A stretch of DNA of 64,000 nucleotides, taken from NCBI GenBank assembly GCA_016618085.1, contig JABLTG010000002.1:62001-126000 (forward strand). The letters are read 5' to 3'. Below the pieces are notes generated by a model. The model searched no databases. It saw only the letters and a list, made by a program, of their open reading frames with translations, and was not told the DNA's origin. The stretch comes from Neovahlkampfia damariscottae (Eukaryota). Positions 42,021 through 57,465 of the stretch are shown here, one piece after another. The first letter of the stretch is position 1, and each line of letters opens with the position of its first letter. The translations under genes and the position numbers were made by a program.

Positions 42021-42569
42021 ATGTTGAAAGTAATAGAACAACCAGAATGCAAATTATTCAACAAAACAAAACTTGGTGGATTAAATTCAATAAACTCAGA
42101 TCTTGCATCAAACTTTAATGCCAAATGCACTGATTTACTTTATTGTATTTCTGGTTGTCAAAATATTGTAAAAAGAAGAACCAAAGGAAATCAAAAGAAT
42201 GAATTTTTACTTGAAAATCATTACAAGAAACAGATGTTAACTTTGATCAAGAGAACTGTGAAAAACATTTCTGAAATTGTTGTCCTTGCTGGATTGTACC
42301 ATTTAGACAAACTTGTAAAATCAGACGAAACTTTGGTGGATGATTCAAATTTTGATTTGTATTTTTCACTTTGTACTATGGAATCTTCAAAATTTTTTGA
42401 AGATACATTTTGGGATAATAGAGACTACCTTTTAATCTTTGGATTGAAAGATAAAATATCAATTAAAAAATATTGTAAATTGGAAAAATTAATTCTTGAA
42501 AAATTAAATTGGGAATTATTTGTAAATGAAAATGATTTAAAGAATTTTTTGAATCAATTTGAAAAATAA
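42021..42569 (+). CDS. Cyclin-box protein (PHO80/P-U type), intronless
   Basis: LAGLYHLDKL, SSKFFEDTFWDN, KLEKLILEKLNWELFV. Confidence 0.72.
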   Translation: MLKVIEQPECKLFNKTKLGGLNSINSDLASNFNAKCTDLLYCISGCQNIVKRRTKGNQKNEFLLENHYKKQMLTLIKRTVKNISEIVVLAGLYHLDKLVKSDETLVDDSNFDLYFSLCTMESSKFFEDTFWDNRDYLLIFGLKDKISIKKYCKLEKLILEKLNWELFVNENDLKNFLNQFEK

Positions 42570-42910
42570 ATTTTTTATTTCAAGAAATATTTATTCCATC
42601 AATAAATTTAAAATCAAATACTCTTCATTGTTTTGTTCATTCAGATTATTTTATGAATTTAATCAATCATTCAATTTTTTCTAACAAACCAATCTCCAGG
42701 ACAACCAAATATTTGTTGTGTCTTCTTTTATTCTTCCTGTTCAACATTTTGGGTATTTAGTAAAAAACCATTGACCATACTATTCGCAATTCCATCCTCT
42801 TCAAGTTCATTCATTTCAACTTTTTTCAAATGATTGGTGTAAATCGACCAATTGAAATCAAATATTTTTACCGCCAAATACGACAGAGCAATACTGAGCA
42901 ACAAGGACTG

Positions 42911-45075
42911 ATGCTGAGCAACAAGGAAAATCAAATCTCCAACAAATCAAAGAACAAATCAAATTATGATCAAAATCCTTCAAAGGAATATTTTGAAAAT
43001 TCCATAATCAAAGCAAAACAAAATGACGAAAATGTGATTCCAATTTATAAAAAGTATGCAAATTAATTCCTAACAAGAGTAGATATATTGAATGGATATC
43101 AAAAGAAGTTGGGAAAGAACAAATTTCTCAAGAAGAGTTCTTTTTAGTTGTCCAAGACTGTTGTGATTCATTGAAAGATGAAGACAAATATAAAGAAGAC
43201 AAAGGATATTTAAGAATTTGGTTAACATTTGCAGATATGAGTGATGATCAAGAATATTTATTTGATTTTATGAGAAATAATAATATTGGAACGAAACATG
43301 CATTATTTTATGTTGCATGGTCAACAATTTTTGAGTCTTTAGATGATTTAGAAAAAGCGTATTTAATTTTAAAAGAAGGAAAGATGAAAAAAGCAGAACC
43401 TGAAAGTCAAATTAAGACACATATTGATGAATTTCAAAAAAGATATGATCTTAATGTTAATCAAAAAGAAGAAGAAAAAGAAAAAAAAGAAAAAAAAGAA
43501 TTTAAATCTGGTTATTTTAAACATTTAGTTTATCCAAATGAAAAAGAAGAATATTCATTTGAAGAATTAAGAGCATCATTGACAAAGTATCAAATTAAAA
43601 ATGATGATGATAATTCAGATGATGATTTAGATTTTGATTTATCAGATGATGAATTATTTATTTCAAATAGATTTTCAATTTCAAATACAAATAATAATAA
43701 TACTTCAAATTTAAAATTTAGACCATCTTTGGGTAAATTATTTCAAAAACCATCAAATCAAAAAAAAGAAATAACAATTCATACAAAATCAGCAGAAAAA
43801 GAAATTTTAGATATGTTTGGATCTGATTTAACACAAGAAGATAACTTTTTTCAAAAGAAAAAGAAAAAAAAATCAGAAAATAAACAACCAATCAAACAAG
43901 AAAAGAAAGAACCAATTAAAATCTTTGAAGAAAAGAATGAAAAAATAAGTGTATTTCAAGAAGAAGAAGAAGAAAAAGAAAAAGAAATTGATTTTCCAAA
44001 AAAGAAAAAAAAAAAGTTTGAAATATTTAAAGAAGAAAATGAAAATGTGAATGAAAATGTTTTTAAAAAACAAAAATTAGAAATCTTTGAAGATTCTGAG
44101 AATTTAATACCAGAAAAAGAGATTCAACAATGTTTAAATTTCAAAGAATATTATAGATTTATTGAACAAGTATTTACAAAAGAATATAAATTTCAAGATA
44201 ATGAAATATTGAATTATTTAAGAATTGAATTTCCAATTGAAGAATTTAATAAAGAAAGAATAAAATTAAAAGAAGAAGAATATGAAATAATTAAAAGAGA
44301 AAGAGAAAATGAAATTATTATAAAAAAGAATGAAGAAATACAATATTTACTTTGTTTAAATTATTCATCAAGTTTTCTTTTATATGAATATTATATTGAA
44401 TTAGAATTATTTAAAAGAATTAAAAAAGAAGAATATAGATTTTTAAAGATTAAGAATTTATATTTTTATTCTAATGTAAATTTAAAATTAAAAGAAAAAA
44501 AAGATAGTTTATTTGATTATATTTTAATGTATAATAAAAATAAAAAAGTAATGGATGAACATTTAATTATGTTTTATACCATTGAATTATTAGATATTTT
44601 ATATACATTACATTCAAATAATTTTATTCATCGAAATTTTGATTCAAATAATTTAATAATAATTTTTGAACAAAATGAAAATGAAAATTGGAATAATTGG
44701 AATAGAATTAAATCTAAAGAATGGAAAAATAAAGGTTTAAAATTAAATAATGAATATTCTTCATTCATTGATTTAAATTTAATTAAAAATAGTGGAAATG
44801 ATGAAAAGAAATTAAAAGAAAAAGATATTATTAATTTAAAAAATATTGTTTATTTTATGTTATTTGGAAGAGAATATGAAGAAGAAGAAGAAGGTGAAAT
44901 TAAATTAAAAAAATATTGGCAAATTGATTTATGGAGTAGATTCTTTAATTCAAATAATTTTGATTTATTATTATTAAAAGAATTATTTGAAAATTATTTT
45001 GAACAAAATGTAAAGAAATCAAATTTATTAAAACAATTATTATGTAAACAATTTAATCAATTTCATAAAATTTAA
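42911..45075 (+). CDS. BUB1: Spindle checkpoint Mad3/Bub1-family protein with degenerate kinase, 1 intron
   Basis: KEN box, TPR (YLRIW, IGTKHALFYVAW), GLEBS EEYSFEELRA, CDI-like TIHTKSA..EILDMF, ABBA-like FEIFKE, kinase remnant, KKYWQIDLW. Confidence 0.85.
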
Positions 45076-45089
45076 TTATATTTTTATCA

Positions 45090-46917
45090 TTATTCTTTTT
45101 GTTGATGTAATGATGTTTGATAAATTGTTTCTTTAATTTTATCATCATTTCCAGATGCAATATGTAAAATATCAAATAACATTTGAGTATTACCCATAAT
45201 ATCTACATGATCAGATGATGTTGCTGGTCTAATTTCAACTTTATTATTTTTATACATTGAAGGATCATGAAGATATTGTTTTGTAATAACTTTTAAATTA
45301 GATGGATTTAATTCTTTATTTTTCCATCCTTTTTCACACATATATCCTAAACTAATTAAAGGAACAGTACCATCACCATTTGTATTAAATACACCACTTT
45401 CTAAATTTAAAGATTCATTAGATTTTGAAATATCAATAGTTGATGTATTCTTTGAATAATAATATCCATTTTCACTAAATTTACCTATACCATATCCACA
45501 ATATATTTTAAGATTTGGTGCATTTGGTAATGGTGATATTAATGGATTTGACCAATCTTTTTTTGTATTTGTTTTATCCAAATTTAAATTTACATTCTTT
45601 TTAAAATATTTAACATATTCATCATCATTAATTTCATTTTTTAAGAATTCACTTAAATTTGACATTGTAATATTCTTTAAATTATTTTCACTAAAATTAA
45701 TAAATGGATATTTCCAAATATGTTCATCACCTTTTGGTAACATATGAGTTAATGATCCCCAAGATCTAAATAAATTATATCTTTGTTCAATAGTAAATAT
45801 ATTTTCAACAGCACTATGCATAAATAAATTGGATGTATCTTTTGTTTCACCAGAATAAATTGCACTTTTATTTTTTTAATTTTAATTATTTTTACCTGAC
45901 TGCTTTTGGTACACCCAATAAAGGACCAGCAATATTATAAAAATGTGAAATATGTTCATCAACCCATTTATTAGATACATTTCCATCTATTTTTAATATT
46001 ATTTTCAATTTTACCTTTTTGTATCCATTGTAAGAAATATGTAAATAATACTGCACCTAAAGAATGACCAATAATAAATACTTTCTTTTTATGAATTTGT
46101 TTTTGTAATTCAATTTCATTTTTTAATATTGTAAAATATTTATCTCTTTCTTGTAATTGATCAAATCCTAATCTCCAATCATAACTTATTAACTGATTTA
46201 ATTATTAATATATTTTAAAACCTCATCATTTTTAAATTATTTGAATCATATCCAATTTCACCTAATTCTAATATTATCTTTGCCCAAACCCAATATCCTG
46301 GGAATACATAATCAACACTTTCTAATCCAAATAATGCTCTTAATTTAATATTAGTTGGATCTAATCCTGTTTCTTTATTTAATGACATATGTTCTAACCA
46401 ACAAAATCTATCTGAGATTAAATTTTGTATCGTTTCAAATCCACCCTATATCATTTTAAATTATATTTATTTTTTACCCACATCTTAAGTTTTATTATCT
46501 ATATTTTTATTTACTTTATTTCTAAATTTAGTTCTTGCACATTCTTTAGATTTCCAAACATTTAAAGATGTTGTAATATATCCAGGAATAGCAATAATTG
46601 GATGATTACTTTTATATCCTTCTTTCGCTAACTTGTTAAATATGTGTTAAAAATACATATTTTGAATAACACATACAAATTGACCAGCTTTAGATTGTAA
46701 TGTGAATAATTCAACTTCAGGAATATATTTTTGTGCTGCTGGAATTGCTTCTTCCTTTTCTTTTTTTAATATTTTTATTTATTTTTTTTACAACAATTTT
46801 CCTGTGAATAAACATTGTGTAAATAATGGATAACATAACAAATATTAAAGTCCATAACATTAAATTACAAGACTTAGTTTCTGGTATTTTCTTTTCTTGT
46901 TTCTTTTTCTTGGACAT
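45090..46917 (-). CDS. LRO1: Phospholipid:diacylglycerol acyltransferase (LCAT/LRO1 family), spliced
   Basis: N-terminal TM, IPGYITTSL, CWLEHMSL, GYWVWAK, YDWRL, GHSLG, GDGTVP, HVDIMG. Confidence 0.92.
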
Positions 46918-47005
46918 TATCAACCGACAATTTAATTTGACCAATGATTTTAAAACACTACAACTTTTTTTCCTCACCAATCATTTTTATTTTTGAAAAC
47001 AAACA

Positions 47006-47659
47006 ATGGCAAGAGTTGGTTCAATTGCTTTACTTCTTTTTATTTTTGTATCATTTTTGTTCATTCAACAAAGCTCATCTAATTTATGGCCGTTTATGAA
47101 TGGTGAAGAAGAAGAAGAAGGTTCAATGCCGGAAGAAGAAGAAGAAACTGAACATGAAGGATCAGAACATGGACAAGAAAGTAGTGATGGTTCAGGTGAA
47201 AATCCAAGTGAATCAGTTGAAGGAATCACAGAATTAACTGATAATAATTTTGATAGCTTTGTCAACAACAAAAACGTATTGGTTGGTAAGATTATTTAAA
47301 TTCTAAATGATTAGAATTTTATGCACCATGGTAAGAATTTTATATATGAATAATTATATCAGGTGTGGTGCTTGTCAACAAACATTTCAATTTTATAAAG
47401 CCTTTGCCGAAAAATTACAAAAATCTAATTCCAAAACTGATATTTTTTTAGCAAAAATAGATGTTGATAAAGCACCAAAGAATGCTGATAAATATAAAAT
47501 TGAGGGAATTCCGTAAGTTTTTATTTTTATTTTTTTAAAATCAATAGAACATTCTTTTTGTTCAAAAAAGGTATAAAAAATCCAATTGAATACTCAGATG
47601 ATCCAAATCCAGAAGGTTTTACAACTTTTATCAAAGAGAATACAGGAATAAAAATTTAA
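47006..47659 (+). CDS. Secreted single-thioredoxin PDI-like protein (WCGAC), 3 introns
   Basis: Signal peptide, acidic linker, ELTDNNFD, VLVEFYAPWCGAC built across a 16-nt exon, AKIDVD, IEGIPT. Confidence 0.85.
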
Positions 47660-47715
47660 AAAAAAATTTTGATTCATCCAATTATTTTCGTTTCAAGTAA
47701 AACAAAAGAATAGAA

Positions 47716-48632
47716 ATGTCTGTGTACACTTCTGAATTTAATAAATTGATGGAAACATTACATCGTACACATAAAGAAGCAGGTGGTCAAAAAATAATAA
47801 AGAACCAAAATGCTTTTGATGCTTTAAAAATATTGATTGTTGAAAAAATAGAACTGACAAAAAAAAATATTTTAAAAAGAGAAGAAAAGAATTTGACACC
47901 TGTAGCAACAGCTAAATTGAATCAAAATATTAGACATATGTTTTTCTTTTTTCTTTTTTTTTTTTAATATTCTTTGAAGGATATCTTTTGTTGAAAGAGA
48001 TTTAAAGAAATTAGAAAAAGTATCAAAGAATGATCAAGTATGTATTTTAAATATCTAAATAATAATTAGAAAGAAGAAGTATTTTTAATATCTAAACATG
48101 TTGATGAATTAAAATATTTAGATAAAAAAAGGTTTAAAAAAATAACAAAAGGATTTGAACAAGATAAAGATTTAAATGTTATAAGTGGTGATGACAATGA
48201 TGATTCATCAAAAAGAAGAATTAGTTTATTATTTCAAGATAATGATGAATATTCTCTTTTACCTCCTATTGATATATCAGAATCAGAAAAAAGAATAAAA
48301 GATTTTAAAAGAGAATTAGATCAAGGTATTGATTCATTTTCAGCAAAATTGATGCAATTAAAAACATTGGCATTAGAAACAAGTGATGAAGTTGAATTAC
48401 AAAATAAATATATTGAAAATATAAATTCAAAAGTTTCAAATGAAACAACTTCATTATTAAAAATGAATAAAAGATCAGGTAATTTCAAAGTAATATCATT
48501 TAAATCATTTTAAAAGATGAAATTGTTGAACAAGTGAGTTCATCAACAAAACTTTGTTTCATTTTCATATTACTTGCAATTTTAATTATAATTTTAAGTA
48601 TAGTATTCATTTATCTTTCATTAGTACTTTAA
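47716..48632 (+). CDS. Qc-SNARE (SYP7/syntaxin-8-like), spliced
   Basis: ATAKLNQNIR, SNARE helix LKTLALETSDEVELQNKYI, C-terminal TM anchor. Confidence 0.72.
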
Positions 48633-48720
48633 AAAAATAAATATTTTGGCAAAAAATGAAATGTTTCAATTTGGTTAATTTACATTTTGGGCTAACCAAT
48701 CACAATAATTTGTTGGAATC

Positions 48721-50261
<1,541 letters not shown>

Positions 50262-50280
50262 AGAAAATTTCTTTTTTATT

Positions 50281-50899
50281 TTAAATTGGTTTTATCTAAT
50301 AATGTTTTTTGATTTAATTAAAATATTTTTAAAACCTTGAAATGAAGTGTAATCATTGATAATACAAAACTCTTTAAATCTTGAATAAAATAATAAAACT
50401 TTTTTAGACCTTCTGGATCTTGACTTTTTCTTGTGTCCAAAAGACTACCAATTTTATTAGTCTTTAAAATATTTTTAATCATTAAAACTAATTACCATAA
50501 AAGAAATATGTTGATTTTTATACACTATTTCAAGTTCCTATCATAGTTTGTAATTAATTAAATATTTGATTCACTTGTTTTCCAACTAAATCTGGCATTG
50601 GCCATGATGCATCATCTTGTCGAAGTATTTGACTATCCATAATCATTTTCTTTAATTCATCAACAACATCATTTGTGACAAAAACTTATCATTCAATTAA
50701 AATTAAATCTTACCTTCTTTTTTTATTTGATGATCTTGTTTATAGTTACTATTATTTATATACACCAGTTTACCACTTGGTCTGAACTCAAATTCAAAAA
50801 ATTCATGACCAAATTTTCCTCTATGCCCAACACTTGTTTTTTAGTGATGGACAAATCTTACTAGTATCTGAGATAAAATTCTTCTTTTTGTTCAATCAT
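50281..50899 (-). CDS. MAGOH: Mago nashi (exon junction complex), 5 introns; absent from ORF track
   Basis: [71 protein letters not shown]. Confidence 0.96.
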
Positions 50900-51064
50900 T
50901 TTCATTGGTCACTTTTTTTTGGGCGGAATCGATTTTATCATATTCCAACATACTTTTGTAAATTTTCAAATTGGGATTCAAATTGAACGTTACACAAAGA
51001 CTCTTTTTGAAAATAAAGTTGACCAATTATATCGTTTTATCATCCCGCCAAATTTTCAAAAGAG

Positions 51065-54000
51065 ATGAGCAACAACAACGAGGTGTCTCCACTTTCTGAA
51101 ATCACAAATCAGGATGATTATGAAAAGAAGATGAGAAAATATGACAAATACATGAAGGAAAGAGAGGAAATGAGGAAAGAAATAGCTAAACTAAAGATTG
51201 AACTTGTTGTAAAAGAAAAAGAGACTCAAAAAGCTTATTCACCATCTAACAAGGCTTTAAGAGAATCTTTTATGAAACATTCTGAATCAACTGAACAACT
51301 TAGACTTCAAAAAATACTTGTAAACCAATACGTACAAGAAAAAGAAGAGATTTTAGAAAAACTGAAATTAAAAGAGAGTGAAATGGAAGAGGTCAAACAA
51401 AAATTATCCGAAGTTGAGGAAACTTTGAGAGAGAAAAAAAATCAGTTTGAATTGACCTATCAAAAGGAAGTTGAAAAAAAGGAAAGTCTGCAAACAGAAA
51501 TAACAAACAAGAATGAAGAATTTAAAAAGAATTTAAATTTAAAAGAAGAAGAAAAACAAGAAGTTATCAAGTTGAAAGAAAGAGAAATTCAACATTTACA
51601 AGAAGAGTTCAAAAAAAAAGAACAAAAAATAGAAATAGAAATATTAAAGTTGAATGCAGAAATTAAAATGCAAATGGAAAATAATAATTTGATTGAAATT
51701 GAAAGAAATGAAATGTTAAATGAATTTAAAGAAGCAGAAATTAATTTTATGAAACAACTTGAAATTCTTAAAACTTTGAATACAAATTTAGAGAAAGAAA
51801 AAGAAGTTTTAAAAGAAGAAATTCAAAATTTAGAAATTAAATTTCAAAATGAAATTAAAGATTTAACAAAAGAGAATGAAATAAATTTAAATGAAATCAA
51901 AAATGAATTAAGTTTTAAATTAAATCTTTTAAGAGAATCAGAAGAAAAATTAAAAGAAAAAGAAAATATTTATCATTTATTAAAAACAGAATCAAATTTA
52001 ATTGAAACAGATTTTGAAATATTAAAAACTGAATCCAATAAAAATAAAATAGAAATTCAAAATTATAAAATTGAAATTGAAAAGAATTTGAATGAAATTA
52101 ATAATTTAAAAGAATTATATTCAAAAAAAGAAAATGAATTTGAATTTATTTTAAATGAAAATAAAGAAATTAAAATTGAATTAGAAAATGAAAAATTAAA
52201 TTTTACATCATTTAAAAAAGAGAAAGAAGAAATGTTTAATCAATTTAAATATGAAATTGAAATGTTAGAATCAATACAAGATCAAAAAGATTCAGAATTC
52301 TCAGAATTAAAACAATTAAATTCAGAATATTCATTAAAAATTAATGATTTATCAAATAAATTAAAAGATTTAATCATTTTATTTAATAAAGAAAAAGAAG
52401 AAAAAGAAAATTTAAAATTAAAATTAAATTTTGAAAAGGATGAATTATCAACTCATTTAAATAAAGAATTAGAAGAAATGAAAATAAATTTAAATAAAAA
52501 AGAAGAAAATATTAAAAGTTTAATGAATGAATTTAAAAAAGAAAAAGAAAGTTTAAAAATAAAAAATGAACATGAATTGAATGAATTGATTAAAAATAAA
52601 CAAAATGAAATGAATGAATTGATGAATAAAAGATTAAAAAAAGAAAAAGAAAATGAACATGTATTAAATCAATTAAAAAAAGAGAATGAAGAAATGATGA
52701 ATCAATTAAATAATGAAATAATAATGTTGAATGAAACATTTATGATAGAAAAGAAATCAATAATATCAGAATTAAATATTGAAAAAGAAAGAATGATTAA
52801 AGAATTAAATGAAAAGAATGATAGAGAAAATTTAATTAAAAAATTAATGAATGAAAAGGATTTAATGAATAAGGAATATAATGAAAAGATATCAAGTTTA
52901 AAACAAAATCATTTAAATGAAATTCAATTAAAAGAATCAATGATATTAAATTTAAATGAACAAAATTCAAAATTAAATCAATCTTTTAATGAAGAAAAAT
53001 TAAATTTAAATGAAGTTTTAAATCAAAAAGAAGTCACTATTAATACCTTGAATGAAGAAATTAAAAATGAAGAAAAAAGAAGTGAAATTAAATTAAATCA
53101 ATTAAAATGTGAAATACAAGAAGAAAAAGAAGAAATTCATTCAAAATTTAATATTGAAAAGGAAAAGTTAATTCAATCATTCAATGATCAAAATATAACA
53201 CTCAATAATTTGATAAAGAACAAAGAAATGGAAATATCTTCAAATAATTCAATAATATTAAATTTAAATAAAGAAAAAAAAGAATTAATGAATACAATTC
53301 AAATGGAAAGGAATGAAAAAGATGAATTAATTTCAACATTTAATAAGAAAAAAGATGAATTGATTATTGTCATTAAAGAAAGAGAAAATGAAATTCAATC
53401 AAAAGATTTAATCATTTCAAATTTAAATAAAGAAAAAGANNNNNNNNNNNNNNNNNNNNNNNNNNNNNNNNNNNNNNNNNNNNNNNNNNNNNNNNNNNNN
53501 NNNNNNNNNNNNNNNNNNNNNNNNNNNNNNNNNNNAGGAATGAAAAAGATGAATTAATTTCAACATTTAATAAGAAAAAAGATGAATTGATTATTGTCAT
53601 TAAAGAAAGAGAAAATGAAATTCAATCAAAAGATTTAATCATTTCAAATTTAAATAAAGAAAAAGAACAATTAATTCAAACATTTAATATCGAAAAAGAT
53701 AAATTTAAAGAATCAAATCATCAAAATGAATTGAAATTTAAATCTATTATTGAAGAAAAAGAAAGTATAGAATCAAAATTAAGAAATGAAAATGAAGAAA
53801 TGATGAATAAATTCAAGAATGAAATATATCATTTGAATGAAGAATTAAATAAGAATGAATCAAATATTCAACACTTAAATGAAGAAAGAAATAATTTAAT
53901 TTCTAAATTAAATATTGAAAATGAAAATACTTCAATGCTAAATGAAAATTTTATGAATGAAATATCTTCAAAAAGTTTAATGATTTCAAATTTGAATCAA

Positions 54001-56025
54001 GAAAAAGAAGAAACCAATCAACTACTTCAAATTCAAAAAGATGAAAATTCAAAATTAATTGAATCATTAAATCAACAAAATAAAGATACAATTCAAAGAA
54101 TGAATGAAAAAGAAAGTGAAATTCAATTAAAAGATTCAATTATTTCAAATTTAAATAACGAAAGAAATGAGTTAGTACAATTATTGGATGAAGAAAGAAA
54201 TAATTTGACTGAAATGTTAAATAAACAAGATTCAAATATCAACTCTTTAAATGAAGAAATTAAGACTGAAAGAAAAAGAAATGAATTGATTACAAATTTG
54301 AATGAAGAAAAAGAAGAAATAATATCAAAGTTATCTTCTAAACTCTCTGAAGAAAAAGAAAATCATGAAATTTTAAAGAAAGAAATTCAATCAAAAGATG
54401 AAACCATTTCAAATTTAAATAAAGAAAAACAGGATTTCATTCAATCATTTAGCAATGAAAAAGATGAATTAATTTCAACATTTAATAAGAAAAAAGATGA
54501 ATTGATTATTGTCATTAAAGAAAGAGAAAATGAAATTCAATCAAAAGATTTAATCATTTCAAATTTAAATAAAGAAAAAGAACAATTAATTCAAACATTT
54601 AATATCGAAAAAGATAAATTTAAAGAATCAAATCATCAAAATGAATTGAAATTTAAATCTATTATTGAAGAAAAAGAAAGTATAGAATCAAAATTAAGAA
54701 ATGAAAATGAAGAAATGATGAATAAATTCAAGAATGAAATATATCATTTGAATGAAGAATTAAATAAGAATGAATCAAATATTCAACACTTAAATGAAGA
54801 ATTAGAAAAAGAAAAAATGAGATTTGAGAATATTAGTAATGAATTAAAAAAAGAAATTAAGATGAAAGAAGAAATGAAAACTAATTTTGAAAAAGAAAAA
54901 GAAAAAATGATCATTAATTTAAATGAAAAAGAAGAAAAGATTAAAAATTTAAATGAAAATATTGAAAATATTTCAATTGAAAAAGAAGAAATTAAATTTT
55001 TAAAATCTAATGAAATTATTCGAATAAATGAAGAATTAAATAAAGAAAGAGAAGAATTAAAAGAAGAGAAAAAAGAAAATGAAAAAAAGAATAAAGAAAT
55101 TGAAATAAAAGATGAAGAGAATAAAGAAATAAAAAAAGAAAGAAATGAATTAAAATTAAGAAATGAAGAATTAAATGAATCAATTAAAAAAGAAAGAGAA
55201 GAAATAGAAAAGATGAAAGAAAATAAATGTAGTTTAGAATTAATTTTGAAACAATTAAATGAAGATTTAAATGAACAAAAACAAATGAATGAAGAATGTG
55301 ATAATATAATTACAACATTAGAAAATGAAATTGATGAAATAAAAGAAAAGGGAAATAAGAAAATTGAAAATATAAAGAATGAGAATGAAGAATTAAAAAA
55401 AAGAAAAGAAATATATGAAAATGAAATTAAAAATGTAAAATTAGAATTAGAAAAAGAACAACAAGATTTTACATGTAGACCAATATTTGGTTTAAGAATA
55501 AAAGAAAAGAATCAATTAATTGAACAATATAAAGAAAGAGTTAGAACATTAGAATCATTCATTGTTAAAAATGATATGGATACTCCTTTGGATGAATATG
55601 ATCCAAAATTTTATTTACAAAACTTAATTTCAAAACAAGAAGAATGTAATAAAGAAAATTTAAAATCAAAAGAAAAATATTCAAAAGAATTAAAAGAAAT
55701 GAGTATACTTATTAAAGATTTAAAGAAAGCATTAAAAGAAAAAGATGATACTTTAAAAAAGGTTTATGAAAAATATAAAAAATCAAAAGTTAAATCTTCA
55801 TCTTTTCTTTCAAATGAAGAAGAAAGACCAAAAAAAAAGAATAAAAAAGAAGAAGTTTCAAAAAGTAATGAACATCTCAATGATGATGATGATGATGATG
55901 AAGATGATTCAAAATTCATGTTGAAATTAAATAAATTTAAAAAAAATGATTCAAATAGTACTGCAAATTTGAAAGGTTTATTTAAACCAAGGCTAAGTTT
56001 ATTTAAATCAGAAAGAGAAGAATAA
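51065..56025 (+). CDS. Very large E/K/N-rich coiled-coil protein spanning an assembly gap
   Basis: Two long ORFs either side of the N-run; heptad-rich, no globular domain recognised. Confidence 0.7.
53440..53535. other. Assembly gap (96 N)
   Basis: N-run; flanks 53309-53439 and 53536-53666 are the same sequence. Confidence 0.98.
53539..54801 (+). repeat. 348-nt in-frame direct repeat (53539-53886 and 54454-54801)
   Basis: Apparently identical nucleotide copies encoding NEKDELISTF...IQHLNEE. Confidence 0.9.
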
Positions 56026-56107
56026 AATTTAATTGTAAAAAAAAATTAATTTTCCCAACCAATCAAATTTTTATCCAATCAAATACGTTTTTAAAACTCA
56101 AAACAAA

Positions 56108-56488
56108 ATGCAAAAAGAAGTTGATAACTTATGTATGAAGTAAGAAATACCTTTTTTTTTTTGAATAACATAAAAGTAAAAAATATGAAGATGCATTAAA
56201 AACAGTTCTTGCAACACCTTCAAAAGAAGTAAAAAAAAAAAATAAAATTGTTAACAATTTGAAAAAAAGGCAGCAGAAGCATCATTTACACTTTTTGCTG
56301 AAGGAGATCCAAAATCAGCAAAGTCTTTAACAGTTCAAGAACAAGATGTCTTAATGAAATATCTTTATAAATGTATGGAAAAAGGAGAAAGTTCTAAACA
56401 ACTTTTTAAATGGCATGAATTTTTAACAGAATTAGGAGGAACAGGATGTATTGTTAGAGCTCTTTCTGATAAAGATAATATTTTATAA
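56108..56488 (+). CDS. ARPC5: Arp2/3 complex subunit 5 (p16), 2 introns; absent from ORF track
   Basis: DALKTVL, QDVLMKYLYKCME, LFKWHE, GGTGCIVRALSD. Confidence 0.92.
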
Positions 56489-56493
56489 AACTT

Positions 56494-56924
56494 TTAAGCC
56501 AAAACACCTTGTCTTGATTTTTTTTCTTCCTCTTCTTTATTTGTTTCACCTCTGACTTTAATATTATATTTTAATTTAAATTCTGTTAATTCTCCTTCTC
56601 TTTTTTTTGATTCTTTGTCCAATTGATCAATTGCTTGTTTAAAGTCAGTTTGTGATTTTTGTAAAGCTGGTAAAATTTCTCCTACTGTTCTTTCAACTAA
56701 AACACCACCTACTAAACGATGACATTTTCTTTCTTTTTCTAATTTTGAAATTGCTTCAATTACAATTCTATTTTATTTTAAATAATAGTTTTATCTTACC
56801 CATGTTCATAATGTTCAGATTCTATTTCATCAATCTTATTTTGTAATTGAACGTATTGATTATAAAGAGATTGGTACTGTTTGATAATAGCAACTTCTTC
56901 TTCTGAATATTGTTGTTGTTGCAT
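56494..56924 (-). CDS. PFDN2: Prefoldin subunit 2, 1 intron; absent from ORF track
   Basis: EH.IVIEAI...ERKCHRLVGGVLVERTVGEILPAL...KYNIK...GVLA*. Confidence 0.94.
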
Positions 56925-56946
56925 TTTTTTTGATTGTTTTGACCAA

Positions 56947-57465
56947 TTAAAAATTTTTATTTATTCTTTTTATTAAAAAGTTTTCAATAAATCTAAAAAA
57001 TTTAATTCCAAATTCTTCTTCCTTTTTTGAAATTGGATCAACCAAAATAGATTTAATATTGTTTTTATTTGCAAAATAGATATCAGTGAATAAACGATCA
57101 CCTATTATTAAAATATCATTTGAATTATAATTATATTCATTTAAACATTTAAATATATTTAGAAATGGTTTTTTTGATCCATGTTTCAAAATGGTTAAAT
57201 TTAAATTCTTTTCTAATTCAATTGCATCTTTAAAATTTAAATCTCTATTTGATCCAGAACTATTTGATATGATCAATATTTTAAATTTTTCTTTTAATTC
57301 ATTTAATTTATTTTCAAATGGTGGATAAATATTGTTTTGTTTATGTTTTGTTATTGTATTATCTTTATCAAATATTATTAATTTTATTCCATGTTCTCTT
57401 TTTATTTTTTCAAATGGTATTTCTAATATATTTTTATAATAAAATGTTGGTTTAAATTTATTCAT
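56947..57465 (-). CDS. GEP4: HAD-IIIA phosphatidylglycerophosphate phosphatase (GEP4/YqeG-like)
   Basis: IFDKDNT, IISNSSG, HGSKKP, IGDRLFTDI. Confidence 0.85.
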   Translation of the reverse strand: MNKFKPTFYYKNILEIPFEKIKREHGIKLIIFDKDNTITKHKQNNIYPPFENKLNELKEKFKILIISNSSGSNRDLNFKDAIELEKNLNLTILKHGSKKPFLNIFKCLNEYNYNSNDILIIGDRLFTDIYFANKNNIKSILVDPISKKEEEFGIKFFRFIENFLIKRINKNF

